The notes under the pieces were generated by a model. That model saw only the letters and a list, made by a program, of their open reading frames with translations. It searched no databases and was not told the DNA's origin. The position numbers and the translations under genes were made by a program. This document shows positions 19,982 through 30,509 of a stretch of DNA of 64,000 nucleotides, one piece after another. The stretch covers positions 991,298-1,055,297 of the forward strand of contig BOKR01000001.1 in the NCBI GenBank assembly GCA_016861085.1, read 5' to 3'. Position 1 is the first letter of the stretch. Each line of letters opens with the position of its first letter. This DNA comes from Patescibacteria group bacterium (GTDB lineage: Bacteria; Patescibacteriota; Microgenomatia; UBA1400; PJMF01).

Positions 19982-20899
19982 ATGAAAGTATTAGTGACTG
20001 GCGGATGTGGCTTTATTGGTTCACATGTTGTCGATGCATATGTAGATGCTGGTTACGAAGTAATGGTAGCAGATAAAAAAAAGGTGCATACATTTCCGTA
20101 TAAAAATGTTGGGGCTACTTATTTTCAAATTGATCTAACAGATTCAAAAAAAGTTTCTGAACTAATTAATGAGATTGAACCTGATGTTATAAATCATCAT
20201 GCTGCCAATATTTCATTATCCAAATCGATAGAAAAACCGCTATACGATGCAAAAAATAATACAACTGCCATAATCAATTTGCTCGAATCTGCAAGAAAAT
20301 TTGGAGTTCAAAAATTTATCTTTGCATCCTCAGCTGGCGCCTTGTACTCAAAAGACTCCAAACTTCCCTTCACCGAAAAAACACCAACAAATCCCATTTC
20401 ACCGTATGGTGTCTCAAAGTTAGCAAGCGAACACTATATCAAGGTCTACGCAAGTTTATATGGACTTAAATATGTGATTTTGAGGTATTCCAATGTCTAT
20501 GGACCAAGGCAAAACAGTAAATTGAAACCTGTTGTATCAGTCTTTATTGAAAGCCTGATACAAGACAAACAGCCAACTATACACAATAAGGGGGATCAAA
20601 CTAGAGACTTTTTGTATGTTGAGGATATAAAAAGCGCAAACGTTCTTGCACTTAACTATAATGAAAATGAATGTTTTAATATAGCCTCAGAAACTGAAAA
20701 CAGCATTTGGGAAACATACAAAATAATCGAGAGAATACTCAAGAAAAACCTTGAACCAAAGTTCAGGGAAAAAATGGTTAAAGAGCAACACAGAAGTTAC
20801 ATTTCCAATAAAAAAGCAAAGAAAAAATTAGGTTGGAAACCAAGGCATACTTTGAGAAATGGACTGATCAAAACAATAGAATGGTATGAAAAAAATTAA
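19982..20899 (+). CDS. NAD-dependent epimerase/dehydratase (extended SDR; UDP-sugar 4-epimerase-like)
   Basis: MKVLVTGGCGFIGSH Rossmann motif and a YxxxK catalytic pair. Confidence 0.8.
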   Translation: MKVLVTGGCGFIGSHVVDAYVDAGYEVMVADKKKVHTFPYKNVGATYFQIDLTDSKKVSELINEIEPDVINHHAANISLSKSIEKPLYDAKNNTTAIINLLESARKFGVQKFIFASSAGALYSKDSKLPFTEKTPTNPISPYGVSKLASEHYIKVYASLYGLKYVILRYSNVYGPRQNSKLKPVVSVFIESLIQDKQPTIHNKGDQTRDFLYVEDIKSANVLALNYNENECFNIASETENSIWETYKIIERILKKNLEPKFREKMVKEQHRSYISNKKAKKKLGWKPRHTLRNGLIKTIEWYEKN

Positions 20900-22220
20900 T
20901 AGTGTTTCCTACATTTTCCCCGTTCATAACGAATCTGAATTTCTAGAAAAACAAATAGATGCTTTTTTAGAGCAAATAAAAAAATACCGATTACCAATCA
21001 CTGATATTATTCTAGTAGAAAATGGAAGTTCAGACGATTCTTGGCAAATCTGTAAAAAATTAGCGAAGAAAAATAAAAAAATAATTGCCAAGAGAATCTG
21101 TGTTGGATCTTATGGTCTGGCTGTTAAGCATGGTCTTTTGTGTTCTCAATCAGATACCCTCGTCTTATTAAATGTCGATTTTTTCGACGTTAAGTTTATT
21201 CACAAAGCGCTTTTCTTACCCGAACCATACGAAGTCGTCAACGGCTCGAAACTTCATCCGGAAAGTAACGATACTAGAGTTATCTTAGATAAACTCAGAA
21301 CAAAATCTTTCAATTTTTTTCTCAATCATTTTTTTAAATATTCCGGAACTGATACACACGGAATAAAAGTATTCAAGAATACAAAAAAGTTACAGCAAGC
21401 AATTAATGCTACAGTAACGAAACATGAACTATTTGATACTGAACTGCTGTACCGTATGATGGGTTCTGTTACTGAATTACCTGTTACGATTCATGAGCTC
21501 AGACCAACTCGATACTCCAGCATTAAAAGGGCTAAAAGAACTTTGATCGATGTGGTCAGACTACTTTCCTATCTTCTCTTCTCAAAAAAAACTATACCTA
21601 AAAACTTGTTAAGAGTTGCTGATGATTATGGCCTCAATCCTGTTATTAGTCGAGCAATTGTTGACCTCTACGAAAGTAAGCAAATTGATGTTATTTCTGT
21701 TCTGCCTAATATGGTTACGGAAAGTGAACTTCTTACGTTAAAAAAAAGGGTAAAAAATAGTCGAATAGCTGTTCATCTTAATTTGGTTAGAGGGAAACCA
21801 GTTACAAATCCTAATCAAATCAGCTCACTGGTTACAAAAAAACGAGAGTTTTATTCACTCCCTAAATTTCTGTTGAGGTTAATTCTTAGAAAAATTAACC
21901 TCTCTGAAGTAAAAACTGAGTTGCAAAACCAAATTGAATCTCTTAACAAAGTTGGTATACGTCCGAATTACATTAATTCAGAGCAACACACACATGTACT
22001 TGCTCCAATTTATAACATCGTTGCCAAACTAGCAAAGAAAAACAAAATTAGATATATTCGTAACACATGTGATATAACAAATTACCTGTCATGGAGGATT
22101 CATAAACGCATCATATTCATGATGATTACTTTTATACTCGAGCTACTATACTCAAGTGTTGTGTCAAAAAATCGAGTAGTAAAAGAAATAATCTGTCACC
22201 CAGGATCAAACTATGACTGA
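20886..22220 (+). CDS. Fusion: GT2 glycosyltransferase + YdjC/ChbG/HpnK-like carbohydrate deacetylase domain
   Basis: N-terminus is GT-A (…IFPVHNESEFL…ILVENGSSDDS…). C-terminus …RVADDYGLNPVISRAIVDL…ISVLPNM…IAVHLNLVRGKPV… matches the YdjC-family pattern. Confidence 0.6.
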   Translation: MKKINSVSYIFPVHNESEFLEKQIDAFLEQIKKYRLPITDIILVENGSSDDSWQICKKLAKKNKKIIAKRICVGSYGLAVKHGLLCSQSDTLVLLNVDFFDVKFIHKALFLPEPYEVVNGSKLHPESNDTRVILDKLRTKSFNFFLNHFFKYSGTDTHGIKVFKNTKKLQQAINATVTKHELFDTELLYRMMGSVTELPVTIHELRPTRYSSIKRAKRTLIDVVRLLSYLLFSKKTIPKNLLRVADDYGLNPVISRAIVDLYESKQIDVISVLPNMVTESELLTLKKRVKNSRIAVHLNLVRGKPVTNPNQISSLVTKKREFYSLPKFLLRLILRKINLSEVKTELQNQIESLNKVGIRPNYINSEQHTHVLAPIYNIVAKLAKKNKIRYIRNTCDITNYLSWRIHKRIIFMMITFILELLYSSVVSKNRVVKEIICHPGSNYD

Positions 22221-22830
22221 TATAACAATACACAGATATTACCATTCAAGAAGTAAACGAATACTGGACTTTTTTCTTGCTCTTAGCTTACTTACACTAC
22301 TCTCACCACTCATTGTCTGCCTTTGTTGTAGTACAGGAATAGTTGGTGGAAAGCCAGTTGTCTACAAACAAATGAGACTTGGTAAAAACAAAAAGCCATT
22401 TATTTTATATAAAATTAGAACTATGAAAAAAGGAGCATCAGTATTGCAACAAAAACTCAAAGACCTAAATGAGGCTCCCTATCCTATGTTCAAAATAGCA
22501 AATGATCCTAGATTTACGAGAATAGGTAAGTACCTTTCTCGCTTGGGCTTAGATGAAATACCTCAAATAATCAATATCATTAAAGGAGAAATGAGTTTTA
22601 TTGGACCTCGTCCTCTTCCTATTTACGAAGCTAGTCAGCTTGATGATACCTGGGACTTTAGGTACAAAGTAAAACCAGGAATCCTTTCAACATGGGCACT
22701 TTCTCCTAAAAGGCATGATTCACTTGCTGAGTGGAAAAAACTTGAGATAAGTGGACTGCAATGTGCATCGATTGCAAATGACATACGACTGATCATTAGA
22801 TCAGTTAAAACAGTAATCTTTAGACATTAA
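22213..22830 (+). CDS. Polyprenyl-phosphate sugar phosphotransferase (bacterial sugar transferase, WbaP/CpsE/PglC-like initiating enzyme)
   Basis: 205 aa. One N-terminal TM helix plus the conserved KxRTM…PRxTxxGxxLRxxxLDELPQ…GxMSxIGPRP signature. Confidence 0.85.
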   Translation: MTDITIHRYYHSRSKRILDFFLALSLLTLLSPLIVCLCCSTGIVGGKPVVYKQMRLGKNKKPFILYKIRTMKKGASVLQQKLKDLNEAPYPMFKIANDPRFTRIGKYLSRLGLDEIPQIINIIKGEMSFIGPRPLPIYEASQLDDTWDFRYKVKPGILSTWALSPKRHDSLAEWKKLEISGLQCASIANDIRLIIRSVKTVIFRH

Positions 22831-25085
22831 CGAGGTACTCTTCCATCGTATAAGTATTCCTGAATTACTTTTGCTTTTTCTTTTTCACCTCTGGAGAATA
22901 AAGTATTCATTAATTTATACTGATATTCCTTTTCAATTAAGTTTGGTTCATCGACAGATTGTATATACTTGTTCCAAAAATCATACCACCACAATATGTA
23001 CGGCTGACCCTCTTCTTGAGTTGAACGTTTCATATGAGTATATATCTCACTCGAAATAATAAACCACAAATCATTTTCTGATATAAAAGTCAGATATACT
23101 TTTAAGTCCTGCATCTCAACAAATAAAATGTCTTTAATAACTCTTTTTTCAAACCACTGAATAAATGTCTCGTAATTTTTTCCAAAAGATGTTTTATCTG
23201 CCTCACTAAGCTTTAGTAAAATCCCCACATCTTTTATCGTTATAGATTCTTGATTAATAAAATATGGTTCTGATAAATGGAAAGTCCATTTCTCCACCTG
23301 AAGCACCTCGTTGTAATACTTTCCTGCAGTCTGAGGGTCACCAATATTCAAATGGTAATTTGCCGACTGATTCAGATAACTTGCAACGTTTTCTTTTACC
23401 TCATAACGAAAAACATATCCTTTACTCTGAGCTTCGTTAATTAATCTCAACCCATTGATTGCTGTTATTCCTAACTCCTCGAACATCTGTTCTGATTCAA
23501 GTAACTTCATGTAATCAGTGTTAATAGTTGTCCAAGGAGAAATGGAAACTAACTTTTGATATAGAGCTATTTTTTTTCTTTGATCGTTAATTTTTTCCAA
23601 AAACAAAAAAAGAATGTCTGGGTCATTTTTGTGTATCTCCATCATTTTGCTAATATTCGTCTCGTTTAGGCTGTTATCATTTATAATCTCTTTTGCTTGA
23701 TAGCGAGAATATGGGAAAAACCCAACCAATAAATTTGCCTGGCTATCTGCTAAAAGGGCTTTTGACAAAATAAGAACCATACCTAGGGTCACAATCATCA
23801 ACGCAGTAATTGCCCAAAACAAAGTTATTAATTTGACAAGCCTTATGTTTTTTGATTCTGAACTTTGTAAAAAACCAGCAGCAAATAAAAGTGATAACTG
23901 AAAAATAAAAAAAGTATTCCAATCAAAATCTAAGAGTGAGTTTGCAAAAATCAGGATGAAACCTATGGCTAGATAGTATTCTATGCTTCTAGTTCGGTTT
24001 GATATCACTGTTGTCACTGCACGAAGAAAGATGGAAACTAATAAAATCAGAACTACAGTTCCGGCTACAATACCTGATTCAGAAAAAGTTTGAAGGAAAA
24101 AATTGTGTGCATAAATAGAGCCATGCTGCCCTATTTGACTATATTTTTTTGTTATCAAAGAAAAAGTTCCTGGCCCATATCCAAATAGTGGATAATCAAA
24201 AAAAGAATAAACCGCCTGTTTAAAGTACTCTGGTCTGATCTCTTTCACAACTGGTTTACATAGCTGCTGTTTGAATTCAACTGTTTTACAATTATCTGAA
24301 CTGAAAGAAACAAAAAACAAACCAGGAATGACTATCAAAAATAGTGATAAAAGAAATAACTTCAAACCCTTATTTTCAACAAAATTCTTACTCAACAAAA
24401 AAGGAAGACTTAAGAAAGACAATATGATAGCGAGTCTACCAAAAGTAAACAAGAGCAAAGTATAAAATAACATGACCAAAAAAAACTTAAACCTAAATAG
24501 CTCTGAGTATCTTGAATAGTTAAACCACCACACGATTGGTAAAACCAGTAGTAAGATCGCTGCAAAATGGCTATGTCCATATGAAAGCGTTAGAAGGTTT
24601 AATGTTGGTAAAAAAGCAGAGAGCGATGGAAACACAAACAAAAGAATGAAAAAGAAACTAAGCACAAACAAAATCAGCAAAACTGCCAGAAAAATATGTT
24701 CTTTCTCAATCTTTCTGGAGTGAAACGCGCTATAAAAAAAACTAAACACTAAAAATGATGCTATATAAAGTGTAACGTTCTCTAATGAAAGAGAAAAACT
24801 ATGTGAAAAAAATAAGGATATTACTACCAATGGTATCGATAAGAAGAAAAAAAATGATAGTTTTTCATCAAGAATGATCTTCAACTTTAAAAGAAAAAAA
24901 CTAATCAAAAGAAACAGTATGTATGCCGAAACAACAATTAACTCGTAGCTCGTAGCAAATGAAAAAACTAGCAGTATCTGAAAAATGGAGAAAAATAGTA
25001 AAAAAATACTCCATCTCAATGATAGAATCATATCTGTAATGGTAGCATAAAAACCATTCTTGGATTTAGATGAAAAATATAGCAA
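22827..25085 (-). CDS. Polytopic membrane protein, O-antigen ligase/polymerase (Wzy/WaaL)-like, with C-terminal soluble TPR-like domain
   Basis: 752 aa. About 12 predicted TM helices over ~430 aa, then a ~300 aa helical soluble domain. Confidence 0.5.
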   Translation of the reverse strand: MLYFSSKSKNGFYATITDMILSLRWSIFLLFFSIFQILLVFSFATSYELIVVSAYILFLLISFFLLKLKIILDEKLSFFFFLSIPLVVISLFFSHSFSLSLENVTLYIASFLVFSFFYSAFHSRKIEKEHIFLAVLLILFVLSFFFILLFVFPSLSAFLPTLNLLTLSYGHSHFAAILLLVLPIVWWFNYSRYSELFRFKFFLVMLFYTLLLFTFGRLAIILSFLSLPFLLSKNFVENKGLKLFLLSLFLIVIPGLFFVSFSSDNCKTVEFKQQLCKPVVKEIRPEYFKQAVYSFFDYPLFGYGPGTFSLITKKYSQIGQHGSIYAHNFFLQTFSESGIVAGTVVLILLVSIFLRAVTTVISNRTRSIEYYLAIGFILIFANSLLDFDWNTFFIFQLSLLFAAGFLQSSESKNIRLVKLITLFWAITALMIVTLGMVLILSKALLADSQANLLVGFFPYSRYQAKEIINDNSLNETNISKMMEIHKNDPDILFLFLEKINDQRKKIALYQKLVSISPWTTINTDYMKLLESEQMFEELGITAINGLRLINEAQSKGYVFRYEVKENVASYLNQSANYHLNIGDPQTAGKYYNEVLQVEKWTFHLSEPYFINQESITIKDVGILLKLSEADKTSFGKNYETFIQWFEKRVIKDILFVEMQDLKVYLTFISENDLWFIISSEIYTHMKRSTQEEGQPYILWWYDFWNKYIQSVDEPNLIEKEYQYKLMNTLFSRGEKEKAKVIQEYLYDGRVPR

Positions 25086-26083
25086 TCATACATGACAGTT
25101 ACCTTCACGTAGGTGGTGCAGAAAAAGTACTGAAATATTTTGTTTCGGCATATCCAAAAGCTGATATATATATTCCACTTTTGAAAAAAAAATATTCTGG
25201 AGAAACAAAAACAACGGGTAGAATCTATACTTCCATTTTGAGCGAGCTGCCATTTGTAGAAAAATATGCGAGTATATTAAAACCACTTGTTTTACTCTAC
25301 TGGGAAACCCTTAACTTGAAGAAATATGATTTAATCATTTCTTCCTCACATTCCTTTTCATCAAAATCAGTCAATAAATCAAAACATGCAAAACATGTTT
25401 CATACATACATACACCTCCAAAATATTTATATAGTGAACTTAATGAGATGAATTGGATAAAAAAGTTGCCTTTCAGTGTGTTATTTTGGCCACTCTTCTT
25501 TTTATTAAGAAAATATGATTATTACTCCGCCCAAAAACCAGATTTGCTAATAGCTAACTCTAAAAACGTACAAAGTAGAATAAAAAAATATTATAACCGC
25601 AATAGCATTGTTATCTACCCTCCCCATACCGTAGCTCCCGTCGACTTTAAAAAGCGAAAAGGAAAATACTATCTCTTCTTTTCTAGATTAGAAAAACAAA
25701 AGGGAGCTGAGTTAGTAATTAGAACTTGTTCGCAATATAAACTGCCGCTTGTTGTTATCGGAACTGGAAGTCAGGAAAAATATCTAAAAAAAATAGCTAG
25801 CAAAAATATCGAATTTACGGGATTCATAACTGAGGAAGAAAAGGTACTTATCTTTGCTGAAGCAAAAGCATTGTTATATGCCGCAATTGATGAAGACTAT
25901 GGTTTAGTTATTCCAGAAGTTCTCTCCTACGGAATTCCCGTTATCGCATATGATTCCGGCTCAATAAGAGAAATTCAATCAAAACAAACGAGTAAAAATG
26001 AGATATTATTGTTTTCAGAGTATAACTGTTCCTCATTAGTCCATGCAATTCACGAGCATAAAAAAATATATAAAGATATTTAG
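25070..26083 (+). CDS. GT4 family glycosyltransferase
   Basis: GT-B fold with the C-terminal E…G(L/I)V..E(A/V)…G.PVI motif region. Confidence 0.7.
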   Translation: MKNIAIIHDSYLHVGGAEKVLKYFVSAYPKADIYIPLLKKKYSGETKTTGRIYTSILSELPFVEKYASILKPLVLLYWETLNLKKYDLIISSSHSFSSKSVNKSKHAKHVSYIHTPPKYLYSELNEMNWIKKLPFSVLFWPLFFLLRKYDYYSAQKPDLLIANSKNVQSRIKKYYNRNSIVIYPPHTVAPVDFKKRKGKYYLFFSRLEKQKGAELVIRTCSQYKLPLVVIGTGSQEKYLKKIASKNIEFTGFITEEEKVLIFAEAKALLYAAIDEDYGLVIPEVLSYGIPVIAYDSGSIREIQSKQTSKNEILLFSEYNCSSLVHAIHEHKKIYKDI

Positions 26084-27488
26084 AAATAGAAACAAATTCC
26101 TTTATTTTGAGTTGTCGTTTCTTATTGCTGTTTTTTTTCTAGCATTTTTTCTCAGATCAAAAAATACTTTGGATTCTCCGATATGGTTTGACGAAGCAAT
26201 CTCGGTCATACTCCCAAAAACACTAACCTACAAAGAACTTTTTCTTATGCAACATTGGGATAAGGCACATCCACCACTATTTTATATTTTCTCTAAGTTT
26301 TTTCTCTCTTTCATTGGGTCTATAGAAATAAACATTCTTAGAATTCCCAGCATTTTTTTTAGCTCACTTGCAGTTATACCTCTCTATTACATTAGCAAAA
26401 TCATTGTTAAAACCAAATTAAGTTTGTTTGTGCCGATCTGGTATTCAATGCATCCAACAGTTATTTTATACGGATATTCATTTAGAGGTTATGGTTTTTT
26501 GCAATTTGCATACCCTCTTGTCGTTCTACTCTATATTAAAGACAGAAAAAAATATACAAAAACAATATTAAAGTTCATTGCTTTTTTACTTCTCTGGAAC
26601 TATGCAACCATATGGCTGATAACTGGCCTCACTTTGCATCAACTTGTTTTAAAGAGAGGTAGAATATTTATGGAATTACCTGTATTCATTAGAAAAAACT
26701 ATCTTATTCTAGTCGTAATACTATTAGAACTATTGTTCTATTTCATACCTAGTATCCGTTCTGGATTTAACCTCAATAGGCATCTGTCTGAGAATATTTA
26801 CCCTTTCATTTATTCACTCTTGGGTTTAGAAGGAGAACTGCACTCGTTAACCTATCATATGGGTAAAACTAGATTTGATGCAGTGTTGCTAGTACCTAGT
26901 TTCATCGTACTCTGTGCAAACTTATCATACTCATTAGCAACAAAGATGAAAAAGTATCTGATAATTTTGTTCCTAGTTATCTCATCCATATTGATCGCCT
27001 ATGTTACTTCGATCACATATCAACCTATACTATCGCTAACCAACCAAACTTTATCCCTGATATTATTTCCTCTCTTGTTCACTCCAATTTTGAACTCAAA
27101 AATCTTAGGGCCTATATATGCAGTCATCATAACAGTTGTTATGTACCTCGGATACATGAACATCTATTCATTCACCTTTGACCCATTGGTCTTTATCGAT
27201 CAACAAGCGAAAAATGAATTGAGTAAATCAAGAGGTGAAATTTATTTTATTTCTGATGCGAATGAAAGCACTTCTGGAACAGCATTTAAATATATTTGTC
27301 TTAAAACTTTTGACCAAATTAAGCCCTTTAGATTGTCACATATTGATACCATTTCACCTCTAACTGATAGGTTTATATATTCTGAAAATCTGGACCAAAA
27401 ATATGAAGATTACATCAAAAAGTATTGTTTTGTTGATCGTTTTGAAACTATCAAAAAACAGACAATATACTTTTGTCCAGGGAAATAA
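26043..27488 (+). CDS. GT-C membrane glycosyltransferase, PMT_2/ArnT (GT39/GT83)-like, paralog 1
   Basis: 481 aa, ~11 TM helices. N-terminal loop motif WFDEA…HWDKAHPPLFY is typical of PMT_2. Confidence 0.65.
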   Translation: MQFTSIKKYIKIFRNRNKFLYFELSFLIAVFFLAFFLRSKNTLDSPIWFDEAISVILPKTLTYKELFLMQHWDKAHPPLFYIFSKFFLSFIGSIEINILRIPSIFFSSLAVIPLYYISKIIVKTKLSLFVPIWYSMHPTVILYGYSFRGYGFLQFAYPLVVLLYIKDRKKYTKTILKFIAFLLLWNYATIWLITGLTLHQLVLKRGRIFMELPVFIRKNYLILVVILLELLFYFIPSIRSGFNLNRHLSENIYPFIYSLLGLEGELHSLTYHMGKTRFDAVLLVPSFIVLCANLSYSLATKMKKYLIILFLVISSILIAYVTSITYQPILSLTNQTLSLILFPLLFTPILNSKILGPIYAVIITVVMYLGYMNIYSFTFDPLVFIDQQAKNELSKSRGEIYFISDANESTSGTAFKYICLKTFDQIKPFRLSHIDTISPLTDRFIYSENLDQKYEDYIKKYCFVDRFETIKKQTIYFCPGK

Positions 27489-27498
27489 TTTGTACAGT

Positions 27499-28971
27499 AT
27501 GTATATAAAAACTCTAAATGCGCTCACAAAATCAGAATGGCTAATTCTTTTTTTCACTTTCTTTTTTGCACTTTTACTAAGGATCAAATACTCAACAATC
27601 ACCGACGTTTGGCTTGATGAAACAACCGTATATACTCTCGCTGCAACATATTCTTACAGAAACCTGTTTTTTATAAATCATTGGGATGCTGCACACCCCC
27701 CATTGTTATATCTGTTTGTTAAGCTCCTGATTGATATTTTTGGTATACAACAAGCATCTATTCATAGCATTAGAATCTTACAAATATTTTTTAGTTCACT
27801 TGCTGTGTTTCCAATATATGTTATTGCGAAAAAACTAATTAAAAATGCGACAGCGTTTTTTGTACCTGTTTTTTACTCAGTAAATATTTTCCAAATATAC
27901 TGGGGTGCTACCATGAGACCGTACGGTGTATTGCAGTTCTTCCTACCAGTGGCACTGGTGACATTTTTCAAAAATAGTTGGAACACTAAACGGAAAATAA
28001 TACTTTGCAATATACTCTTTATTTTTTTGTTCTTTTGGGACTACTCGACTATATGGTTTTTCGTTACCTTCTACCTCTATCACTTACTAGCTTTCGGTAT
28101 AAGAGCGTTATTTAAAAAAATATATGATACTAAGATTTTCTTACTGTCTGTACTGTTATGGTTTCCAGTTTTTGTGAAAGGTTTTTCTCAAGCTATTAAC
28201 CTAGAGGCCTATCTCAATGTCAGTCTTCTAACTCTTAAATTCGCTATAGCTGAGTTTTACGGAGTCCAAACAATCTTTAATGCGAACGATTTTTTCTACG
28301 GTATTGTCATCGTTTTAATCGTTTCTGCAATTGCCTTTATCGTCAAAAAAAAGAAAACAATGTATTTTATTTTGATAGGTATCATTGTTCCAATAGTTAC
28401 TTCGTTTTTATACTCCATTTACTTAAATCCGATCTTTGTACCACCAAACCTTATTTTTTCTGCAATTCTTTTCCTCTACTTCCCGTTACTTTTTACACCA
28501 AAAAAACTGATAGTTGCAGTAGTGTGCGTGTATCTACTTTTTGTTATGCTTTCTAATACAAATGCTCTGTTTACCACTTCAAAATTCCAATCAAGAAAGA
28601 TAATTTCACATTTTGACATTTCAAAGGAGATGAATACTGAACAAAACAAAATAGCTTTCATTTCTAGAGAATCAGAAAGTGAGTTGGGTGCCCCTATTGA
28701 ATACTTTTTGTTACAAAATGGCTTTATACCAGCACAGGACAAGAACCATCATTTTTCACTGAAAAATAAGTCTTATATAGTAAGCGTAAAAAAATTTTGG
28801 GAAATCACTGATAGTAATACAGAAAACCTCTTTTTTGTAACCGATAGAGTTGAAAAACCGTATTCACAAGAAGATCTTAAAAAGATAATAACTGTTTGCC
28901 CGCTAATGGAGTTCGTGCCGGTGTTTGAGATTAATCAGCAAACGAATCCACACTTATATAAATGTATGTAA
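27499..28971 (+). CDS. GT-C membrane glycosyltransferase, PMT_2/ArnT-like, paralog 2
   Basis: Carries the same WLDETT…HWDAAHPPLLY motif. The internal ATG (MYIKTLNAL…) abuts the upstream stop; the track start at 27403 would overlap the previous gene by 86 nt. Confidence 0.65.
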   Translation: MYIKTLNALTKSEWLILFFTFFFALLLRIKYSTITDVWLDETTVYTLAATYSYRNLFFINHWDAAHPPLLYLFVKLLIDIFGIQQASIHSIRILQIFFSSLAVFPIYVIAKKLIKNATAFFVPVFYSVNIFQIYWGATMRPYGVLQFFLPVALVTFFKNSWNTKRKIILCNILFIFLFFWDYSTIWFFVTFYLYHLLAFGIRALFKKIYDTKIFLLSVLLWFPVFVKGFSQAINLEAYLNVSLLTLKFAIAEFYGVQTIFNANDFFYGIVIVLIVSAIAFIVKKKKTMYFILIGIIVPIVTSFLYSIYLNPIFVPPNLIFSAILFLYFPLLFTPKKLIVAVVCVYLLFVMLSNTNALFTTSKFQSRKIISHFDISKEMNTEQNKIAFISRESESELGAPIEYFLLQNGFIPAQDKNHHFSLKNKSYIVSVKKFWEITDSNTENLFFVTDRVEKPYSQEDLKKIITVCPLMEFVPVFEINQQTNPHLYKCM

Positions 28972-28996
28972 AAACATATAATTAACTGAAGTACAT

Positions 28997-30475
28997 ATGC
29001 AAACCAAAGTAGCTGTTTTAGTTTTGTTGTTTGTTGTTTCTATTAGCCTTTTTTTTAGAACCTACAATGTTGAGAATACTACGAGAGTATTCAGCGATTC
29101 TGGCAGGGATTTTCTTGTTGCTAAAAAAATAGCCGAAGGATCTGCCCCATATAATCCATATTTAGCTTCATCATCTGGTTTTGAAAGCACTCCTATCTAT
29201 TATTGGGTTATTGCTTTTTTTTGGTCGATTGGAAGATCAATCGAAAACACTATAACTATTTATTCCGTGACTTTAGCTATAGCTACACCACTTATATTTT
29301 ATTTAATTGGAAAGGAAATTCATTCAAAAGAGCTCGGATTGTTCCTTGCTTTTTATTCCTCAATTCAACCATATTTTGTTGGTTTATCTAGGTGGATCTG
29401 GCAACCAAATGTGTTGATATTACTAATTCCAACGTTGTATTTATTTTTTTTATACAACAAAAAAGTTTTACTAAGAAAGAACCAACACAAGGAAAAATTT
29501 ATTCATATTTTTTTACTATTTCTCATACTAAATTTGAATATTCATATTCACTTCTCTTCGATAGTCTGCGTTTCTTTTCTGATCTCAATATTGATATATG
29601 AATTGCTAAAAAATAAGAAAATACTACTCGCTATCTCAGTAGGTTTAGGTTTTATTTCTTCGGTGTTAATTAGAGCGATAGTTGTCAATATTGCAACCCC
29701 AACAATCTTTGGTGTTGGCCTAAGTTTAAATCAAATGCTCATAAACTATAAACAAATTATTGGATCTTATGACAAAACTATTTTCTTAAATGAATGGTCA
29801 GAAAAACCTTCATTTTTCCCAAACATGATTCTTTTATTAGTTTTTCTTTCTATTTATTCATTTAAGAAACATAAAAAGTTGCCAAACCAGCTTATTACCT
29901 TACTAATAGGGTCACTACTCTCATTCATAACAGTAGTTTACCCAAAAACCGTGTATACCTACTTCTACATACCCCAGCTAGTACTTTTTCATATTCTTTT
30001 TGGAAGCATTCTGTACTTTTTTATGAAAATTAAGATTCAAATTTGTAGCAAGTTTTGTTTTGCACTAATCACAATAATTATATGTGGTTACTATATTGCT
30101 CACACCTATCAAATAATACACACAACCAACGAAATCAAAATCTCACAAATACTTTCGTTGGAGATTTACAAAGATTATAATACCAACCATCTCAGTATAT
30201 TTAGCATTGATTTTGTACCAAACAATTATGGACAAACAGACCATCAAAGTACATTTGACGCTATTTTGTGGCTACAAATGGAGTCCTTAATGAAAACTCA
30301 ACTCGTAAAAATTGGCACAACGTCACCTACAATAATCGAACCAAACAACCCCAAAATCACGTATTATGTTTTAGGCAACTCAGACCTAGTAGTACCACAA
30401 AAAAATACTGTGAAGATATTCGAACGAAAAATAGAGGGCGATACTTACTCAATTTATAAAGAATTAGCACTGTAA
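28997..30475 (+). CDS. GT-C-like polytopic membrane protein, third tandem paralog (divergent)
   Basis: 492 aa with multiple TM helices. N-terminal loop FSDSGRDFLVA…, in the same position as the DE/HPPL loop of the two upstream paralogs. Confidence 0.45.
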   Translation: MQTKVAVLVLLFVVSISLFFRTYNVENTTRVFSDSGRDFLVAKKIAEGSAPYNPYLASSSGFESTPIYYWVIAFFWSIGRSIENTITIYSVTLAIATPLIFYLIGKEIHSKELGLFLAFYSSIQPYFVGLSRWIWQPNVLILLIPTLYLFFLYNKKVLLRKNQHKEKFIHIFLLFLILNLNIHIHFSSIVCVSFLISILIYELLKNKKILLAISVGLGFISSVLIRAIVVNIATPTIFGVGLSLNQMLINYKQIIGSYDKTIFLNEWSEKPSFFPNMILLLVFLSIYSFKKHKKLPNQLITLLIGSLLSFITVVYPKTVYTYFYIPQLVLFHILFGSILYFFMKIKIQICSKFCFALITIIICGYYIAHTYQIIHTTNEIKISQILSLEIYKDYNTNHLSIFSIDFVPNNYGQTDHQSTFDAILWLQMESLMKTQLVKIGTTSPTIIEPNNPKITYYVLGNSDLVVPQKNTVKIFERKIEGDTYSIYKELAL

Positions 30476-30509
30476 TAAAATTAGAAAACGGGTAGAATTC
30501 TGATGTACT

